DNA from: Octopus bimaculoides
Taxonomy: Eukaryota
Direction of reading: 5' to 3'
Length of the DNA stretch: 41,073 bases
NCBI RefSeq assembly: GCF_001194135.2
Contig: NC_068981.1
Span: 170,174,123-170,215,195, forward strand
The first letter of the stretch is position 1, and each line of letters opens with the position of its first letter. A model generated the notes under the pieces. That model was not told the origin of the DNA. It did not search any database and worked only from the letters and a program-made list of their open reading frames with translations. Shown here piece after piece: positions 36,776 to 41,073 of this stretch. The position numbers were made by a program, and so were the translations under genes.

Positions 36776-37599
36776 AGGAGAAAGGAAAATGATGTCGTTT
36801 TGTTACGTCGGAAAACTAGAACAACTCGCTGAAGCGACCCCTCTTGAGTAATTCACGGAGCTATGGGAATAACGCAATGTTTGCTTTTTTTATTTTTACA
36901 TTGCTTCTTGCTTTGTTTACTGTGATGACATGTGTTGCTGTTCTAATGGTCACATTGCTAATGTTATATAGTGATACTGGGCTGTTTGTAATGCTGTTGT
37001 TGCTGCTGCGACCGTCGCTAGTCGGTGTTGTGATGGTGACAGTTGTGAAGGTAGTAGTTTTGGTCAGGTTGTTGGTAAGTATTGTTTATGTGGTGATTTT
37101 GAGCAAGAGTTTACAAGACAGATGTAATGAAATTAATTACAGGAAAAATATAATGAAATGTATACATCTAAAAAAAATCTTCTGAACAATGAAGTCTTTC
37201 CTAATAGTCTAAAGTATATATATAAACACATACGTACATATATGCATACATGCGTACACATATATACATACATGTATACGTACCTTGTGTGTGTGTCTTC
37301 CAATTAAGTTTTATCTTATATATNNNNNNNNNNNNNNNNNNNNNNNNNNNNNNNNNNNNNNNNNNNNNNNNNNNNNNNNNNNNNNNNNNNNNNNNNNNNN
37401 NNNNNNNNNNNNNNNNNNNNNNNNNNNNNNNNNNNNNNNNNNNNNNNNNNNNNNNNNNNNNNNNNNNNNNNNNNNNNNNNNNNNNNNNNNNNNNNNNNNN
37501 NNNNNNNNNNNNNNNNNNNNNNNNNNNNNNNNNNNNNNNNNNATATATATATATATGCATATATATACATGCGTATATATACATGCATATATATATATA

Positions 37600-37629
37600 C
37601 ATAAAGATAGACAGATCATAGATAGATAA

Positions 37630-37673
<44 letters not shown>

Positions 37674-37682
37674 ATAGATAGG
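37600..37682. repeat. (GATA)n microsatellite
   Basis: Read directly from the sequence. Confidence 0.93.
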
Positions 37683-37758
37683 GTAAAGCCTAAGCCATGT
37701 CCTCTTGTAACATATTTGCTTGTTCCAGTAGTACAATCCAATATCTAATTGTTGTAGT

Positions 37759-39142
37759 TGTGAGGCATCCCATAAGTTCTGTCCGATTTTACCTTTTTTT
37801 AAATTGAATGAAATTTAATAGTATTTTAGAATGTCTGATGGAATTTAAAATCATTTTTATACATTTGTATACATTTAAAGTAATTAAATATTATTTTACA
37901 GAATGATAGAATTAAAATTTCTTTGATTAAACCCTTTCTAACACGGAGGTATCCAAAGAGCATTTGAGGCATATAATGCTTTATGAGTACAAAAAAGGAA
38001 ACTCTGCAGCCGAAGCGACTCGAAACTTACACTCAGTTTATGGGAAAGAATGCTTGAATGGAAGAACTTCAAGATGATGATCGAACAGAACGTCCAGTTG
38101 AGTTTAGTGATAAGCTCCTAAGGCATTACCTGAAGAAAATTGGCAATAAAGCTTAGTTCAAACCATACAACTCTTCATTGTCATCTTCAACAACTTGGAA
38201 AGGTTCCTAAACTTAGTAAGTGAGTGCATCATGAATTGTCTGAAAGCAACCGCAAATACTGAGTTGACATCTGCTCTTTTCTCCGTTCTCGCGAACTCAT
38301 TTCACCCCTTTTTAGATAGACTTGTGACTGGTGATAAAAAAATGGATCTTCTATCTAAATGTTAAACGTCGTAAATAGTGACTTGGTAAAAGGGAAAAAG
38401 CTCAACCACAACCGAGAAGGGAACTTCATGGGAAAAAGGTTCTTCTCTCTATCTGGTGCGATTGCAAAGGAGTAATTCACTTTGAAATGTTACCACCTAA
38501 TGCAACACTCAATGCTCAATTCTACTGTCAGCCATTAGAGTGTTTGAACCAAGCTTTGCAGAAAAAAGACCCGCTTTAATGAATCGAAAAGGAGTGATGT
38601 TACACTCTATCTGGTGGGATTGCAAAGGAGTAATTCACTTTGAATTGTTACCACCTAATGCAACAATCAATGCTCAAATCTAATGTCAGCAATTAGAGCA
38701 TTTGAACCAAGCTTTGAAGAAAAAAAAAGACCCGCTTTAGTGAATCGAAAAGGAGTGATACTTCATGAAGACCATGTGCGACCCCACACTGCAAAGATCA
38801 CATCACAGAAGATCGAAGAGCTTGGTTGAGAAAAAGTCTCTCATCCACCTTGTTCTTCCGAACTTGCTCTTTCAAACTACCATTTGTTTTGTAGTTACAA
38901 AATCATTTGGGGGACATAACTTCCGCAAGCTAGGAGGAGGTCGAAACTGACATTTCAGAGTTCTTAGCTTTGAAACCAAAAGAGTTTTACATTGATAGGA
39001 TTAAAAAGCTTGTAAATGGATGGAAGGAAGTCATAGATAACCAGGGAAAGAACATTGATGATTAAATTTCATTTAAATGTAACATTTGATCACTTCTTTT
39101 CATTATTCGAAATTCGAACAGAACTTATGGAATGACCTGATA
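37759..39142 (+). mobile_element. mariner-family DNA transposon with both terminal inverted repeats
   Basis: Left gaggcatcccataagttctgtccgatttt (~37762-37790) is the inverted match of right aaattcgaacagaacttatggaatgacctgata (39110-39142). Confidence 0.88.
37943..39065 (+). pseudogene. mariner DD34D transposase pseudogene with a 158-bp internal tandem duplication
   Basis: (ACG)EVSKEHLRHIMLYEYKKGNSAAEATRNL, LVTGDKKW, SIW(C/W)DCKG, HEDHVRPH, HPPCSSELALSNYHLF. Start is ACG rather than ATG; many stops and frameshifts. Confidence 0.9.
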
Positions 39143-39693
39143 CATATCAGAGTTGAAAATTCTAGAAATATTGTTCACAAGAGTTATCTCAAAACAGGAA
39201 ATTAGTAAAATTTCTGGGGTATTATTTATATATCATTGTACAAGCTTCATTTGTTAATAGGTATTACGAAGTCGTGTCTTCTAGATAAACGTGTAAGAAC
39301 TTTCCTATTAGAAACTTTACAGACAGAGAATCATACAATACAAAATAGTTGGCTTTTATATGGAAATCTATGAACCATATGTACTGCTATAAGGGACTCG
39401 ATGCATTAATTCTTTCTTATTTACTGTAACAACTCTACAATTACTTTAAAATTATTTATTACTTGCTCTAAGATGGTATCACATGTCTTGCTTGTTCATT
39501 CTTTCTTTCTAATATGTATCTATCCGGTCAGTGATGAACCACTTATAGACCCTCATTGCTACAACAGCACTTTTGCTTTAGTCGCAGTTCCAGTCGTAGT
39601 TTTAGTGGTAAATCAACCTGTGCACTATGCCTATTACATTACGTCATACGCCGCAATTTTATCTGTTCACGCGCACGCACACACACACACACA

Positions 39694-39836
39694 CATTATT
39701 TACATTTGATGGATATTTGTCCTCATCTTGTTTGTTGTTAACGCAACGTTTCGGTTGATATACACTTCAGCCTTGATCAGGTGTCTTGGGGGAATTTCGA
39801 ACCCGGGTTCTCATTCCTAAGGTATTTTTCGATGTT
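39694..39836 (-). mobile_element. Hammerhead-bearing 3' tail of the composite element, left (minus) arm
   Basis: Reverse complement aacatcgaaaaataccttagg...gacacctgatcaaggct...aaccgaaacgttgcgttaacaacaaacaagatgagg matches 40893-41052. Confidence 0.85.
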
Positions 39837-39860
39837 GTTGTTATTGTTATTATTATTATT

Positions 39861-39945
39861 GAGTGAGAGAGCAGTGCATGCCATCAAAGTGATACTGGGG
39901 TAAAATATACGAAGCCCAATATACCCATCATGACTACCTGTCTGA
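39861..39945 (-). mobile_element. 85-bp non-repetitive insert within the (ATT)n linker; possibly the truncated 3' end of an (AAT)n-tailed retroelement
   Basis: Flanked on both sides by ATT repeats. On the minus strand it ends ...ctctctcactc-aataataat. Identity and strand are inferred only. Confidence 0.4.
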
Positions 39946-39992
39946 TTGTTATTATTATTATTATATTATTATTATTATTATTGTTATCATTA

Positions 39993-40070
39993 TTCAGGTC
40001 ATTGCCTGAAATCGATCTAGGAATCTTGGGGTTAGTAGCCCACGTTCTTAACCACTACGCAATGTGCCCG
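39993..40070 (-). mobile_element. tRNA-like head of the composite element, left arm
   Basis: Reverse complement gcgtagtggttaagaacgtgggctactaaccccaagattcctagatcgatttcaggcaatgacctga-(AAT)n. Confidence 0.85.
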
Positions 40071-40135
40071 TAGGCATAGTGGTTAAGAGCGCAGGCTACT
40101 AACCCCAAGATTCCGAGTTCGAATCCAAGCAGTGA

Positions 40136-40140
<5 letters not shown>
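40071..40140 (+). mobile_element. tRNA-like head of the composite element, right arm (not a functional tRNA)
   Basis: A box tagtggttaag, B box gagttcgaatcc, followed by (AAT)n. No paired acceptor stem. Confidence 0.88.
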
Positions 40141-40184
<44 letters not shown>

Positions 40185-40185
<1 letters not shown>

Positions 40186-40803
40186 GAATATGTGGAGATC
40201 GACAAGAAACAATAAATCATATTATCTCTGGCTGCCCAGTCCTGGCTAAGAAGGAATATATTCACAGACACGACAGAGCTGGGACCTATATACACTGAAA
40301 GCTATGCCAACACTATGGAATAACAACAGAATAAAGATGGTATAAACACACGCCAGAAAAGGTCACAGAAAACGAGAAAGCAACCATACTAAGGCAAATA
40401 GACCAGATGTAGTTGTCAAAGATCATGAAGAAAAAAAATGCTTTCTATTTGATGTATCAATACCAGCAGATGACAACGTTTCTGCAAAAGAAATGGAAAA
40501 ACTTTCAAAATACAAAGACCTGGAAATAGAGATAACTCGAATGTGGAATCTAAAAACAGAAACAATTCCTCTCAAAGTAGGTGCCTTAGGTATAATAAAA
40601 ACATATTCATATACATAACAAAAATACCAGGACTTACAAATATATATAACATACAGAAAATTGCACTACTGGGTACTGCACACATTCTACGCAAAACACT
40701 TTCAATACAGTAAACATAAGAGCACCACAGCACATACCCAAGGCGCACAGAGCTGCACTCGGTAGTGAAGTGAAAGCACGTTATAAAAATAAAACTACTG
40801 AAC
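40185..40803 (+). mobile_element. 5'-truncated R4/Dong LINE (CCHC finger, restriction-like endonuclease and 3' UTR) flanked by (AAT)n on both sides
   Basis: RICGDRQETINHIISGCPVLAKKEYIHRHD..., NRPDVVVKDHEEKKCFLFDVSIPADDNVSAKEMEKLSKYKDL (PD..D..K), IPLKVGALG. Few stops, one deletion. Confidence 0.92.
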
Positions 40804-40877
<74 letters not shown>

Positions 40878-40892
40878 CAACAACAACAACAA

Positions 40893-41052
40893 CAACATCG
40901 AAAAATACCTTAGGAAATTTCTCCCAGACACCTGATGAAGGCTAGAGTGTATATCAGCCGAAACGTTCTGTTAACAACAAACAAGATGAGGACAAATATT
41001 CATCAATGTAAATAATGTACATAATTTCTCATCTCTTAAATATAGAACTGTA
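40893..41052 (+). mobile_element. Hammerhead-bearing 3' tail of the composite element, right (plus) arm, ending at (TA)n
   Basis: Inverted homolog of 39694-39836; ends tatagaactgta followed by TA repeat. Confidence 0.85.
40927..40972 (+). ncRNA. Minimal type I hammerhead ribozyme motif (dimer-type, palindromic stem III); this copy has a stem I mismatch
   Basis: gacac-CTGATGA-a-ggct[12-nt loop]agcc-GAAA-CG-TT-ctgtt. The left copy has gcgtt at stem I and CTGATCA in the core; the two copies imply a consensus gacac/gtgtt stem I. Confidence 0.6.
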
Positions 41053-41073
41053 ATATATATATATATATATATA

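Larger units (their letters stand above)
1349..37542. other. Eleven assembly gaps: 1349-2224, 2942-3096, 9194-9509, 13159-13559, 18540-19224, 23913-24440, 26964-27590, 30449-30916, 32987-33096, 34954-34963, 37324-37542
   Basis: N-runs, nearly all flanked by simple repeats. All X-containing ORFs that span them are artefacts. Confidence 0.99.

Noticed and set aside
1141-37736. Long ORFs containing X runs
   Set aside because: They are open only because N codons contain no stops; their flanks are microsatellite translations.
40071-40140. Possible tRNA gene
   Set aside because: It has A/B boxes but no paired acceptor stem or clean anticodon arm, and it runs into (AAT)n; it is a SINE-type head.
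40572-40931. Poly-Leu signal- or membrane-like ORF on the minus strand
   Set aside because: It is the antisense reading of the (AAT/AAC)n tail and the Dong 3' end.

Overview
This is eukaryotic, AT-rich, repeat-dominated DNA from a gapped draft assembly. Eleven N-runs total about 4.4 kb, and almost all sit next to microsatellites or low-complexity repeats. The repeat content suggests a mollusc, probably an octopus; this is inferred from recognising repeat families and was not checked against a database. No host protein-coding gene can be called with confidence, and most listed ORFs are artefacts of N-runs or simple repeats. Supported features are: (1) three tRNA-headed SINE families (local labels A, B, C) and a (CAA)n-tailed dispersed repeat (label D); (2) decayed autonomous elements, namely R4/Dong LINE pieces at about 6.5-8.6 kb and 40.19-40.80 kb, an RTE LINE at about 15.6-17.8 kb, a Tc1 at 19.2-20.4 kb and a mariner at 37.8-39.1 kb; (3) a strand-polarised trinucleotide low-complexity block of about 7.6 kb. 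The most interesting structure is at 39.7-41.05 kb. It is a head-to-head pair of a composite element: tRNA-like Pol III head, (AAT)n linker, and a tail carrying a minimal type I hammerhead-ribozyme motif of the Penelope-associated kind. Each (AAT)n linker carries an insertion, one of which is a TAA-targeting Dong LINE. A second, interlocked sense/antisense hammerhead-like locus lies at 22.77-22.95 kb. The best host-gene leads are a CpG-rich promoter or first-exon candidate near 18.0-18.3 kb and a Gly/Tyr-rich candidate exon at 9.05-9.6 kb.
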